A stretch of 64,000 nucleotides of DNA from Gemmatimonadales bacterium (GTDB taxonomy: Bacteria > Gemmatimonadota > Gemmatimonadetes > Gemmatimonadales > GWC2-71-9): NCBI GenBank assembly GCA_039794085.1, contig JBDIWC010000006.1, positions 54,600 to 118,599 on the forward strand. The letters are read 5' to 3'. The notes below the pieces were generated by a model that was not told the origin of the DNA, made no database searches, and saw only the letters and a program-made list of their open reading frames with translations. Shown piece after piece: positions 38,925 to 48,152 of the stretch (position 1 is the first letter of the stretch; each line of letters begins with the position of its first letter). The position numbers and the translations under genes were made by a program.

Positions 38925-39063
38925 AGGCTCACGCGAAGACGCGAAGCCCCGTCCCACCACTTACCGCAGGAGCCGGGTGCCACCTCAGCCACATCGGGGG
39001 CTCCTGAGGGCTCCCACTGCAGGGCATCTCTTCTTCGCGCCCTTCGCGTCTTCGCGTGAGCCT
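38925..39063. repeat. Intergenic element bounded by perfect 22-bp inverted repeats
   Basis: AGGCTCACGCGAAGACGCGAAG (38925-38946) and its reverse complement (39042-39063). Confidence 0.85.
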
Positions 39064-39124
39064 CCCTTGTCGGCCGTTGGATGTTGACAGGATTGCGGCA
39101 GATGCCCGAATGCCGTCGCCATCG

Positions 39125-40525
39125 TTACTGTCCCCGCAATCGCCCCCGCATGGTCCAGATCAGGATCAGCCCGCACCCGCTCTCGGTCCGGTACTGCAGC
39201 GGCGCCCCCGAGGCCGAGCCCGGATAGGTCTCGATACCGTAGATCTCATCGGGACCCACCGGGAGACCATTCCCCATCTGGGGATCCACCGTCACCTTGG
39301 TTCCGTCCACGTAGAAATCGGGCTGGCAGTACCCCGACGCCTGGGCCGCCCGCGAGGACACCACGGCGAAATCCATTCCGGACGACACCACGGTGAACCC
39401 CGGCACCACCCGGAACAGTTCCTCGGCCCGGATCGGGGAGCGCCGCTCAATCTCCTCCCGGGTGATGAAGTGCCCCCGGCCCTGGCTCCGGCGCTCCTCG
39501 AATTCATTGCGGAAGGCCCGCTCCTCGACCACGATCTCCGGCAGTTCCAGCACCTTGCCTGCCAGCTGGATGTCGAGTTCCGTCTGCTCGTCCGGGTGCA
39601 GCTCGACCATGTCGCGGCGACGGGAAAACCCGATGGCCCGGGATTCCACCGAGTAGGTGCCGGCGGGGAGCCCCTCAATTTGAAACCGGCCCGCGGCGTT
39701 GGTGCGCACCCCGTGAGGGAGCCCCAGGACCAGCACCTGGGCTTCGGGAACCGGAGAACCATCGGGCCCCCGGACCGTGCCGCGCAGAACGGCGCTTCCG
39801 GTGGCGCTGTCGCCCGCGATCGCGCCGGGAGCATCCAGGTCGAGCGCCAGCCCCCGAAACGCCACCGAGCGACCCGCCAGGTCGAGCTCCAGGGGGGGAC
39901 CCACAACCCCGTCCGCCTGGGCGCGCAGGAGAACCGGAGTGTCGTTCGGCACGCCGCAGATCTGGTACCGGCCCGCCGAATCGGCCGTGGCTGCCGCAGC
40001 GCGGGTTCCGCTCGTCACACCCAGAGCTGTGGACACCCGCGTCTCCCTCCACTCCACCCGAACTTCACCACCGATGATGGGGGCACCGGTGCGGACATTG
40101 GCCAGCCGGCCGAAGACGACGCCGGTCTGGGCCGCCTGGGGTCCGCGACAGAGCGCACCGTGAACCGCCACACCCGACACCGTGCTGAGAAAGATCGGAT
40201 AGACCCCTCCCGGTTCCACCCGCAGCGACATCTCAGGCGGCGTGTACCCGAGTTGATCCAGAGCGGGGTGGGAAAAGGAGACCGTGTAGGCTCCGGGCGC
40301 GAGGCTGTCGAACACGAAACGTCCTCGGCCATCGGTGATCAGCGTCCGGGCCGCCGGCCCGCTCACCGTGACGCGCGCGTTCGGGAGAACAGCTCCGGTG
40401 AGAAGACTGTCCCACACGTAGCCGCGTACAATGGCGGTCGGAGGGGAAGCTTGCTGGGCCTGCACGGGCACGGCGGCACCGAGGGCAAGGCTCGCGAGGA
40501 TCGATGACAGAGGGAAACGGAGCAC
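39125..40525 (-). CDS. Exported protein with CarboxypepD_reg-like domains and C-terminal TonB plug-like domain (no barrel)
   Basis: Signal VQA-Q; TDGRGRF..LAPGAY and TNAAGRF..LPAGTY; plug ITREEI..VPG..YVDG..IETY..GLILIWT; start uncertain. Confidence 0.8.
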   Translation of the reverse strand: MLRFPLSSILASLALGAAVPVQAQQASPPTAIVRGYVWDSLLTGAVLPNARVTVSGPAARTLITDGRGRFVFDSLAPGAYTVSFSHPALDQLGYTPPEMSLRVEPGGVYPIFLSTVSGVAVHGALCRGPQAAQTGVVFGRLANVRTGAPIIGGEVRVEWRETRVSTALGVTSGTRAAAATADSAGRYQICGVPNDTPVLLRAQADGVVGPPLELDLAGRSVAFRGLALDLDAPGAIAGDSATGSAVLRGTVRGPDGSPVPEAQVLVLGLPHGVRTNAAGRFQIEGLPAGTYSVESRAIGFSRRRDMVELHPDEQTELDIQLAGKVLELPEIVVEERAFRNEFEERRSQGRGHFITREEIERRSPIRAEELFRVVPGFTVVSSGMDFAVVSSRAAQASGYCQPDFYVDGTKVTVDPQMGNGLPVGPDEIYGIETYPGSASGAPLQYRTESGCGLILIWTMRGRLRGQ

Positions 40526-40670
40526 GGCAGGACCATCTCGGCGACATGACATCAGGAACAATAGCGGCATCCTCCGGGAAGCAACACCGGCCCCCCATCA
40601 TGCCTCCCGCTCCACCTTGCCCTCCCTGGATCATTCCCCGATACTCCGGGACCCCCTTCTGGAGCGCGGT

Positions 40671-41960
40671 ATGACGTCCCGTCGTCACTTCGTGGCCTCC
40701 GCCGCAGGGCTCGCCGCCCTGCCGCTGTTCCGTTCCGACGCCCTGGCCCGCGCCTGGACTCTGCACCGGGACACGCGGTTCGTCCCCCCCGGCCCCCTCG
40801 CCGACGATGAGGCGTACTGGGGCGAGATCCAGCGGGCCTTCGACACCGACCGCACCATGGTGAACCTCAACAACGGAGGGGTCTGTCCCACCCCGAGCCA
40901 CGTGATCGAGGCCATGATCCGCGACCTTCGGTTCACCAACGAACTCCCGGTGGAGCACATGTGGCGGGTCCTGGAACCCCGGGTGGAAAGTGTCCGGCGG
41001 GATCTCGCGGCCGACTTCGGCTGCGACCCCGAGGAGATGGCGATCACGCGCAACGCCTCCGAGTCGCTGGAGACGATGATTCTCGGTGTGGATCTTCGAC
41101 GGGGCGACGAGGTGATCGTCACCGACCAGAACTATCCGCGGATGCTCACCAGCTGGGATCAACGGGTCCGGCGGGAGGGGATCGTCCTGCGGACCATACG
41201 CTTCGAGGTGCCTCCGCCAACTCCGACCCATGTCGTGGATCAGATCGCGGCGGCAATCACACCCCGCACCCGGGTGATCGAGATCCCCCACATCACCAAT
41301 CTGACCGGGCAGATTCTTCCCATCCGGGAGATCGTGGCCCTGGCCCGCAGACATGATATCCGGGTCTTCGTGGATGGGGCCCACGCCTATGCCCATTTCC
41401 CCTTCACGCGTGAGGGGCTCGACTGCGACTATTACGGTACCAGTCTCCACAAGTGGCTGCTCGCCCCGATCGGCACCGGATTCCTGTATGTCCGGAAGGA
41501 GCGGCAGAAGGATCTGTGGCCCCTCATGGCGGCCCCCGCCAGCATGGACGATAACATCCGGAAGTACGAGGAGATCGGCACCCACCCCGCCGCCAACCAC
41601 AACGCGATCGCCGCCGCACTCGCCTTTCACCGCGCCATCGGGTCGGACCGCAAGATCGCCCGGCTCCGCTATCTCCGAAACCGTTGGGCTCGCAGGCTCC
41701 TGGCCGAGAGTGACCGGGTTCGCATTCCGACGCCTCTCGAGGGGGAGAATTCGGGGGCCATCGCGCTGGTGGGTGTCGAGGGTGTGGACACCGGGAAACT
41801 GCACGGGTGGCTGCTCCATCAACACCGGATCGTGACGACCACGATCGGTCACGCGCAGTTTGGCGGACTCCGGGTCACACCGAACGTCTACACGACGATC
41901 GACGAGGTGGACCTTTTCGCCGACCGCATCCTGCATGCGATCCGGCACGGGATGGGGTAG
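40671..41960 (+). CDS. Class V PLP aminotransferase (isopenicillin N epimerase-like) with Tat signal
   Basis: SRRHFV Tat motif; NLNNGG, RNASE, VDGAHA, SLHKWL. Confidence 0.9.
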   Translation: MTSRRHFVASAAGLAALPLFRSDALARAWTLHRDTRFVPPGPLADDEAYWGEIQRAFDTDRTMVNLNNGGVCPTPSHVIEAMIRDLRFTNELPVEHMWRVLEPRVESVRRDLAADFGCDPEEMAITRNASESLETMILGVDLRRGDEVIVTDQNYPRMLTSWDQRVRREGIVLRTIRFEVPPPTPTHVVDQIAAAITPRTRVIEIPHITNLTGQILPIREIVALARRHDIRVFVDGAHAYAHFPFTREGLDCDYYGTSLHKWLLAPIGTGFLYVRKERQKDLWPLMAAPASMDDNIRKYEEIGTHPAANHNAIAAALAFHRAIGSDRKIARLRYLRNRWARRLLAESDRVRIPTPLEGENSGAIALVGVEGVDTGKLHGWLLHQHRIVTTTIGHAQFGGLRVTPNVYTTIDEVDLFADRILHAIRHGMG

Positions 41961-41984
41961 GGACAGGACGAGGACGTAGGACGT
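41960..41984. repeat. AGGACGT heptamer-type run (left arm)
   Basis: gggac aggacg aggacgt aggacgt. Confidence 0.65.
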
Positions 41985-42028
41985 AACGGGCCACAGTCTC
42001 GGGACTCGGAACGTGGGAGTCTCGAGGG

Positions 42029-42099
42029 GCGTCATTCCGGCGCACGCCGGAATCCATGCTTGGGGGGGGAATGGACCCCGGCGTCCGCCGGGGTGACGC
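42029..42099. repeat. REP/REPIN-like double palindrome (GTCATTCC...GGAATCCA type)
   Basis: GCGTCATTCCGGCGCACGCCGGAATCCA...TGGACCCCGGCGTCCGCCGGGGTGACGC. Confidence 0.8.
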
Positions 42100-42122
42100 T
42101 CCGAGCGGGGCAGGACCGTGCC

Positions 42123-42178
42123 GTTCCATGTCCCATGTCCTATGTCCTATGTCCTACGTCCTACGTCCTATGTCCTCT
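42123..42178. repeat. GTCCTAY heptamer tandem array, 8 units
   Basis: gttccat gtcccat gtcctat gtcctat gtcctac gtcctac gtcctat gtcctct. Confidence 0.9.
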
Positions 42179-42179
42179 C

Positions 42180-42581
42180 CTACGATCCCACGATCCGGGC
42201 GAGCAGCCCCTGGGCATACTCCTTGTCCCACGTCGCCAGGTTGCGGCGGGCCGTCACCTCGATCTTCGAGGTGCTGGGGCTCTGCCGGGTGATCTTCACC
42301 GTCACGTCGAGGTCGCCGGTCTTGCCCTTGTACTCGCGTTCGTCCCCCTCGTCCTTCACAGCGGACGATTCGACCGTGATGTTCCGGGCCTGGAACTCCG
42401 CCTCGGTACGCTGGGCCAGGTCCGCCACCGTCCGTTCCGCCACGACCTCGGCGCCGCGACTGGTCAGATAAATGCCACTCGCTGCCCCCGCAGCCCCCGC
42501 TGCCGCGAACAGACATCCCTGCAGGAGCAGGACCGACAGTCCCGCGATCATTCGAACAGCGCGTGAGGACGAGTGACCCAT
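42180..42581 (-). CDS. Lipoprotein, DUF3568-like
   Basis: RBS GGAGGT; lipobox LLQGC followed by AAAGAAGAASG glycine zipper. Confidence 0.78.
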   Translation of the reverse strand: MGHSSSRAVRMIAGLSVLLLQGCLFAAAGAAGAASGIYLTSRGAEVVAERTVADLAQRTEAEFQARNITVESSAVKDEGDEREYKGKTGDLDVTVKITRQSPSTSKIEVTARRNLATWDKEYAQGLLARIVGS

Positions 42582-42726
42582 GGCAATACACCTCCAACAG
42601 AATGACTCAGGACCGTCGGTCAGGAGACCGGATACACGAAGGAATTTAACGGCATGACCCGTGGTGAGATACCCCAACGGACCCTCCCCCCTAGTGCACC
42701 AACGGATGGATGTGTAGGTTCAAGGG

Positions 42727-43227
42727 ATGAGACCATTCCCAGCACTTCCCGCCCTTGCGATGGCGGTCATGGCCTGCGGGCCGGGCGACTCCGCCCCTCA
42801 AGCCGGGCTCGACCCCGTGGCCACCGCCATCCTGGCCACCGACACCCCTGAAACGTTGAGCTACGCAGCCGACCTCCAGGTCGACCTCACCCAGATGACC
42901 CAGACGCCCACCGGACTCTACTTTCAGGATCTCGTTCCCGGAACGGGAGATTCGGTCGTTGCAGGCCGGACAGTAACGGTCCACTACACAGGATGGCTCC
43001 CGGACGGAACCCAGTTCGATTCCAGCGTCGGGGGCTCACCCTTCTCCTTCAGGGTCGGAGGAGGTAACGTGATCCAGGGGTGGGACGAAGGGCTGATTGG
43101 AATGCGGGCGGGTGGCAAGCGGAAGCTGGTGATTCCGAGCCATCTGGGCTACGGGCCGGAGGGGATCGGCCCGATTCCGTCGAACGCCACTCTGGTGTTT
43201 GACGTGGAACTCCTCGAAATCCGCTGA
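42727..43227 (+). CDS. FKBP-type peptidyl-prolyl isomerase (lipoprotein)
   Basis: VMAC; VHYTGWL, FDSS, VIQGWDEG, LGYG, TLVFDVEL. Confidence 0.95.
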   Translation: MRPFPALPALAMAVMACGPGDSAPQAGLDPVATAILATDTPETLSYAADLQVDLTQMTQTPTGLYFQDLVPGTGDSVVAGRTVTVHYTGWLPDGTQFDSSVGGSPFSFRVGGGNVIQGWDEGLIGMRAGGKRKLVIPSHLGYGPEGIGPIPSNATLVFDVELLEIR

Positions 43228-43255
43228 CAAAGCGGGAGGGACGTGCGTGCGCTGC

Positions 43256-43771
43256 CTAGCGCCCGCCCCGTCCCCCCTCCTTGCGCGTCCCCCGCGTCTT
43301 TTCCCTCTTCTCGGCTTCCAGGGCGGCCTTCCGGATCATTTTTTCCGGAGGGAGGGGGTTGGCGCCGGGACGCGGAGTTCCGAGCGTCAGCGTCGTTTCC
43401 CCTTCCACCGAACCGATGGTGATGGGCCGTCCCCCACGCACCTCGTAGGCACCGAGAACCTCCTCCCCCATTCCCGACCTTTGTCGCAGCCGGGCGAGCA
43501 GCAGCTCCCGCGAGGCCAGTCCCTGCAGCGAATGGTAGGCCGTCCCGGTGACACTGGCGATCTTGAGCAGCACCGCAAAGCGCGCTCCCGACAGGTCGGT
43601 GACGGAGCGCAGGTCGGTCCCGGCTATTTCCCGGGCCCACTTGGTGGCCTCCTTTTCCTGCACGGTCAACCCAGCCACGGCCGGGGCTCCGGCGGAGGGG
43701 GCGCCTCCCTTGTGACGGCGGGCCTTGCTGCTCTGGCGCAACATTTTCAGGTAGGCAGGTTCATCTGCCAT
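43256..43771 (-). CDS. Hypothetical protein
   Basis: RBS GGAGG before ATG 43771; fills gap between genes; no recognised motif. Confidence 0.6.
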   Translation of the reverse strand: MADEPAYLKMLRQSSKARRHKGGAPSAGAPAVAGLTVQEKEATKWAREIAGTDLRSVTDLSGARFAVLLKIASVTGTAYHSLQGLASRELLLARLRQRSGMGEEVLGAYEVRGGRPITIGSVEGETTLTLGTPRPGANPLPPEKMIRKAALEAEKREKTRGTRKEGGRGGR

Positions 43772-43849
43772 GAGCGTCCTCCCGGATGGTTCGACACGAT
43801 CTTCGTACCGTAGGATACCCGTCCCGCGCGTGACAAACAAGCGAACCCG

Positions 43850-44821
43850 TCAGGAAAGCAGCATCACCATGTACACGCCATAGGCCGCGAGGAGGAATCC
43901 CCCCTCGACCCGGTTCAGGTTTCGCCGGATGTGCATGAGCGGAAGGAGGAGTAACGAGGTCCCCAACATCCACCACACGTCACTGGCGATGATCGAGGGG
44001 GAGATGGCCACCGGGACGATCACCGAGGTGGTTCCGAGAATGCCGAGCAGGTTGAAGATGTTGGAGCCGATCACGTTGGCCACGGCCACTTCGGTGTGAT
44101 GCCGGTAGGCGGCCACCACCGACGTCACAACCTCCGGCATGCTGGTCCCGATCGCCACCACGGTGAGCCCGATGACCCGTTCGGTCATGCCCGCCAGTTG
44201 GGCCAGGGCAACGGCTCCCTCGACCAGCGCCTTTCCCCCTCCGACCAGCAACCCGATGCCCGCCGACACGGCGAGCACGGAGGGCAACAATCCCCGGGCC
44301 CGGTCCAGGACACCCCCTCGAGAAGAAACTCCGCTCGCGATGCTCTCCCGCTCCTGCGCGGCGACCTCGGTGCGGGACACCATCACCATATAGCCGGTGA
44401 ACAGCACCAGGGCGATGAGAAGGAACCCCCCCTCGAGCCGGTCGAGCAGCCCATCCCGGACCAGGAGAACGAACACGGCGCTGGCCAGGAACATGAAGGG
44501 CCACTCGAACTTGACCAGGGATCCGGTGACCGGGAGCGGAAACAACAACGCCGCCAGGCCCAGGACGAACGCCACATTCACGATGTTCGACCCGACCACG
44601 TTGCCCACGGCGATGTCGGGGCGGCCGTCGAGTGCGGCGATGAGGCTCACCACCATCTCGGGCAGCGACGTGCCCAGCGCCACCACGGTGAGGCCCACGA
44701 CGGCGGGAGTGATACCTGCTCGCCGGGAGAGCGTGACCGCTCCCCGAACCAGCAGCTCTCCTCCTCCACCCAGAAGAACCAGCCCGAAAGCGGTGAGGCC
44801 AAGCGCCGACAGGAGTCCCAT
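43850..44821 (-). CDS. Calcium/sodium antiporter (YrbG/CaCA family)
   Basis: Two alpha repeats: GTSLPE..GNVVGSN and GTSMPE..NVIGSN. Confidence 0.94.
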   Translation of the reverse strand: MGLLSALGLTAFGLVLLGGGGELLVRGAVTLSRRAGITPAVVGLTVVALGTSLPEMVVSLIAALDGRPDIAVGNVVGSNIVNVAFVLGLAALLFPLPVTGSLVKFEWPFMFLASAVFVLLVRDGLLDRLEGGFLLIALVLFTGYMVMVSRTEVAAQERESIASGVSSRGGVLDRARGLLPSVLAVSAGIGLLVGGGKALVEGAVALAQLAGMTERVIGLTVVAIGTSMPEVVTSVVAAYRHHTEVAVANVIGSNIFNLLGILGTTSVIVPVAISPSIIASDVWWMLGTSLLLLPLMHIRRNLNRVEGGFLLAAYGVYMVMLLS

Positions 44822-44825
44822 CGGA

Positions 44826-46175
44826 TCAGCGCACCAGGTGGAGACGGTCCTGACGACCGAGCACCCAGTGCCGGCCGCCATCGGCATCCAGAAGAAAATC
44901 CTCCTCCAGGGCCATCCGGACCCGCTGCCCCTTCCATTCGGGGACCGCGCTGGTCACCTGCAGTTCACTCGAAAACCAGGTGCTCGCCATGACCCGGTGA
45001 TCCCCCCGGCCGGGTACCCCATCCTGGCGATCCCAGAGACCGATCAACGGCCCCGCGCCGTGGCCGTGCATCCCGATCGGGTGGGTGTATACCGTCCCGT
45101 CGAGACCCTCCCCTTCCATCCGCGCCCGGGTCGCAGCCAGAACCTCGTTGCCGGTTCGGCCCGGCCGAATCTCCTCCAGCAGCAGATCCTGCAGCCGATT
45201 GGCCCGGGTCAACGCTACCCGTAGACCGAGCGGTGCGTCGGTTTCGCCCGGAAGGAGCACATAGGCCTGGTGTTGCGTGTCGGTGTTCAGGCGAAGCGCG
45301 GTGAGACCCACGTCGCAGTGGAGAACATCCCCTCGCTGGATGACCGGGTCCTCTCCCAGGTCTCCAGTCACCCCCTGCCGCTGCACGCTGACCGAGGGCT
45401 GAAACCAGGTGTCCAATCCCAGGTCAGTGGTCCGCTGCCGCCACCACCACACCAGGTCGCTGGTGCGCGTCACCCCGGGGACGATCACTCGCTCGGAGAA
45501 CATCTCGCCGATCATCTGGTGGACGAGCAGCATGAGCTCGCGGTAGAATCGGGCCTCGTCCGGAAGCCGCGCGGCGATGAAGTCGACCGCGAGCGCCTCG
45601 GCGGGCCGGAACCGGGACACGATCCCGGGACCCAGCGCGTCTCGCATCCCCTCCTGCTCCCCGGCCGTCAATCCATCCGCAAAGGCGAAGGTGCGCGACG
45701 AGTTGATCGCGATCACCCGGGGATTGCGGGCCTCGATGACCTCGCGAAGCAGGGCCCATTGTTCTTCCCCCCAGAGCTCCGCCTGCCGACCATCTCTCGA
45801 GTCGGCTCGGCGGGAGCTCCGCACCGCCTCATAGACCCCTCCCTGGCTGGTCCCGCCCAGGGCGAGACGCTCCACGCCCCCCCCCGCGGGCCCCCGGTCG
45901 TGGAACACATAGATCGTCCGGCGCCGGGCGGCGAACGTGGTGGGGCTTACCAGCGAGGTGAAGGCGGGATCCTCGTTGTACTCCCGCATCGGGAGGATCC
46001 ACATGTCCACCCCCTCCCGGCGCATCAACCCGGGCAGGACCGAGTCGAGGCGCTCGGCAAGCCACGCCTGCTGACGCTCGGCCTGCTGCCGAACCGTGCC
46101 GAAGGGACGGGACTGGGCACCGCAGGGGGTGGCCAGGATGGCCAGCAAGCCCACCAGGGCGAGGGGGTGGCGCAT
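44826..46175 (-). CDS. M24 family (Xaa-Pro) metallopeptidase, exported
   Basis: Signal peptide; CDVG..TD, HPIGMHGHGAG, E..LEED metal ligands. Confidence 0.9.
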   Translation of the reverse strand: MRHPLALVGLLAILATPCGAQSRPFGTVRQQAERQQAWLAERLDSVLPGLMRREGVDMWILPMREYNEDPAFTSLVSPTTFAARRRTIYVFHDRGPAGGGVERLALGGTSQGGVYEAVRSSRRADSRDGRQAELWGEEQWALLREVIEARNPRVIAINSSRTFAFADGLTAGEQEGMRDALGPGIVSRFRPAEALAVDFIAARLPDEARFYRELMLLVHQMIGEMFSERVIVPGVTRTSDLVWWWRQRTTDLGLDTWFQPSVSVQRQGVTGDLGEDPVIQRGDVLHCDVGLTALRLNTDTQHQAYVLLPGETDAPLGLRVALTRANRLQDLLLEEIRPGRTGNEVLAATRARMEGEGLDGTVYTHPIGMHGHGAGPLIGLWDRQDGVPGRGDHRVMASTWFSSELQVTSAVPEWKGQRVRMALEEDFLLDADGGRHWVLGRQDRLHLVR

Positions 46176-46353
46176 GAGAAATCCTCAGGGTGGCGATGAG
46201 AATACCGGTGACAGCCGGGGGACAGGTCCCGGCCCCCGCGTACAATGCCACCGATCGATTCTTCCGGCAAGAGAGCAGGTTGATTTTGCCCCCCGACAAC
46301 GACAGCATTCCCCCGCACTCGGTCGGCGCGAGTGTCCTCTCTATGGAGCTGCC

Positions 46354-47901
46354 ATGTCCGGCCCCCTGGTGATCTCCGCTCTCGCCTCGGCCCGCGTCGC
46401 CGAGACCTCCCTCTCGGCCACGACCGACCCCGTTTCCCAGATCCTGGTCGCGGTTGTCCTCGTGGGTGTCTTCGCCCTCCTCGCCGTGGAGGCGGCCCAC
46501 CGCGTCCTCGTGGTGTTCAGCGCGGTGGCCCTCCTCTGGGTCATCACCTACCTGACCCCGTGGCACCTCATCACCTTCGAGGAGTCCCAGGCGGCCCTGG
46601 ATCTGAACGTTCTCTTCCTTCTCGCCTCGATGATGGCCATCGTCGGAGTGCTCAAGTCCACCGGCGTCTTCGGATGGTCCGTCGCCCGTCTCGTGGCCCG
46701 CGCCGGGGGAAACGCCCGTCTTCTGCAGGCCCTCATCCTCTGGTTCACGGCGGCGGTCTCGGCGGTGGCGGACAATGTGACCACCGTCATTTTCATGACG
46801 CCGATGGCCCTGGTCATGGCTCGGCGGGTCGGCCTCAGGCCGGAGATCCTGCTCCTTCCCATGATCCTCGCCTCCAACATCGGGGGCACGGCCACGCTGA
46901 TTGGCGATCCCCCCAACATCCTGATCGGGTCGGCTGCGGGCCTCAGCTTCCTCGCTTTCCTCACCAACCTGGCCGTTCCGGTGGTCCTGATGATGTTGCT
47001 GCTCGACTGGTACTCCCGCCAGACCTTCGGAAAGATCCTTCCCGGTATCGTGGAGGGAGACGGGACCGCCTCGGAGACAACCATCTCCGACCCCGTGATG
47101 CTCCGGGCCGCCCTGGTCATCTCCGGAGGGGTCATGCTCGGGTTTCTCACTCACAGCATCACCGGGATGCCCGCGGCCATTCCCGCCGTCGTGGGAGCCG
47201 CGGCCATCCTGATCGTCCAGGACATCCTCTATCTGCGGCGGTCGCACCCCTCGACCACGGAAAGGGTTCATGGCATGCTCCGGGTCATCGAACGAGAGAT
47301 CGAGTGGCCCACGCTCAGTTTCTTCGCCTTTCTCTTCATCGCCGTGGGTGCGGCGACCCAGACCGGCCTGATCGCCACTCTGGCGAATGGATTGGTGGGG
47401 ATCATCGAGTGGAGTCAGGACACTTTTTCTCTCACCGACCAGGGGACCCTGCTGTTGGCAAGTCTCCTGCTCCTGTGGGTCTCCGCCATCGTCTCCGCCT
47501 TGATCGACAACATCCCCTTTGTCGCCGTCACCATTCCCATCGTGGCCCTGCTGACCACCCGGCTCCAGGGTGACACCGTGGCCCTCTGGTGGGCCCTCTC
47601 CCTCGGAGCCTGCCTCGGCGGGAACGGGTCTCCCATCGGGGCCTCCGCCAACGTCACCGTTCTCGGACTCGCGGAGCGGGCGGGAGTCCGGATCGGCTTC
47701 GGGGCCTTTCTCCGGTACAGCGTCCCCATGACCCTGCTGACTCTTCTCGTCTCGACGCTCTTCCTCGTGGGGCACGTGCTCCTGGGCCAGGGACGCACCC
47801 TCTTCCTCGGTGCTCTGGCGGCAATTCTGACCATTGTCTATCGAAGATTTGCCGGACAGGACATCGGATTCCCACGCGAACGAATCGGCGTAAGCCATTG
47901 A
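46354..47901 (+). CDS. ArsB/NhaD (IT superfamily) membrane transporter
   Basis: DNVTT, NIGGTATLIGDPPNILIG, DNIPF, GACLGGNGSPIGASAN. Confidence 0.92.
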   Translation: MSGPLVISALASARVAETSLSATTDPVSQILVAVVLVGVFALLAVEAAHRVLVVFSAVALLWVITYLTPWHLITFEESQAALDLNVLFLLASMMAIVGVLKSTGVFGWSVARLVARAGGNARLLQALILWFTAAVSAVADNVTTVIFMTPMALVMARRVGLRPEILLLPMILASNIGGTATLIGDPPNILIGSAAGLSFLAFLTNLAVPVVLMMLLLDWYSRQTFGKILPGIVEGDGTASETTISDPVMLRAALVISGGVMLGFLTHSITGMPAAIPAVVGAAAILIVQDILYLRRSHPSTTERVHGMLRVIEREIEWPTLSFFAFLFIAVGAATQTGLIATLANGLVGIIEWSQDTFSLTDQGTLLLASLLLLWVSAIVSALIDNIPFVAVTIPIVALLTTRLQGDTVALWWALSLGACLGGNGSPIGASANVTVLGLAERAGVRIGFGAFLRYSVPMTLLTLLVSTLFLVGHVLLGQGRTLFLGALAAILTIVYRRFAGQDIGFPRERIGVSH

Positions 47902-47942
47902 CTATCAATACTATACACTTGCAGAACCCGCTCGCAATTGTT

Positions 47943-47958
47943 TGGTATGCCTCTTGCT
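47943..47958 (+). promoter_or_regulatory. Sigma54 (-24/-12) promoter
   Basis: TGGTATGCCTCTTGCT, GG-N10-GC spacing, preceded by an AT-rich tract. Confidence 0.65.
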
Positions 47959-47990
47959 TTTGAACCCTCCAGACCCCAAGGAGGTGTGCC

Positions 47991-48152
47991 GTGTTCCTGT
48001 CTGATTACTCCGTTTGCTCCAGGGCGTGGATCCCCGGTCAGAGGATGGCCGTCTGTCCCCGCCCGGGACGGGGACACCCCGTGGCGGGGCAGCATTCCGT
48101 CTGGGCACACTCCGGATCGGGGCGGATCCACCTTTCCGGTCAGGCAGCATGA
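47991..48152 (+). CDS. Putative 53-aa small protein (not in ORF track)
   Basis: RBS AAGGAGGT 5 nt before GTG; TGA overlaps kinase ATG (ATGA). Confidence 0.5.
   Translation: MFLSDYSVCSRAWIPGQRMAVCPRPGRGHPVAGQHSVWAHSGSGRIHLSGQAA

Noticed and set aside
45829..47898. 689-aa minus-strand ORF
   Set aside because: Shadow of the ArsB/NhaD transporter.
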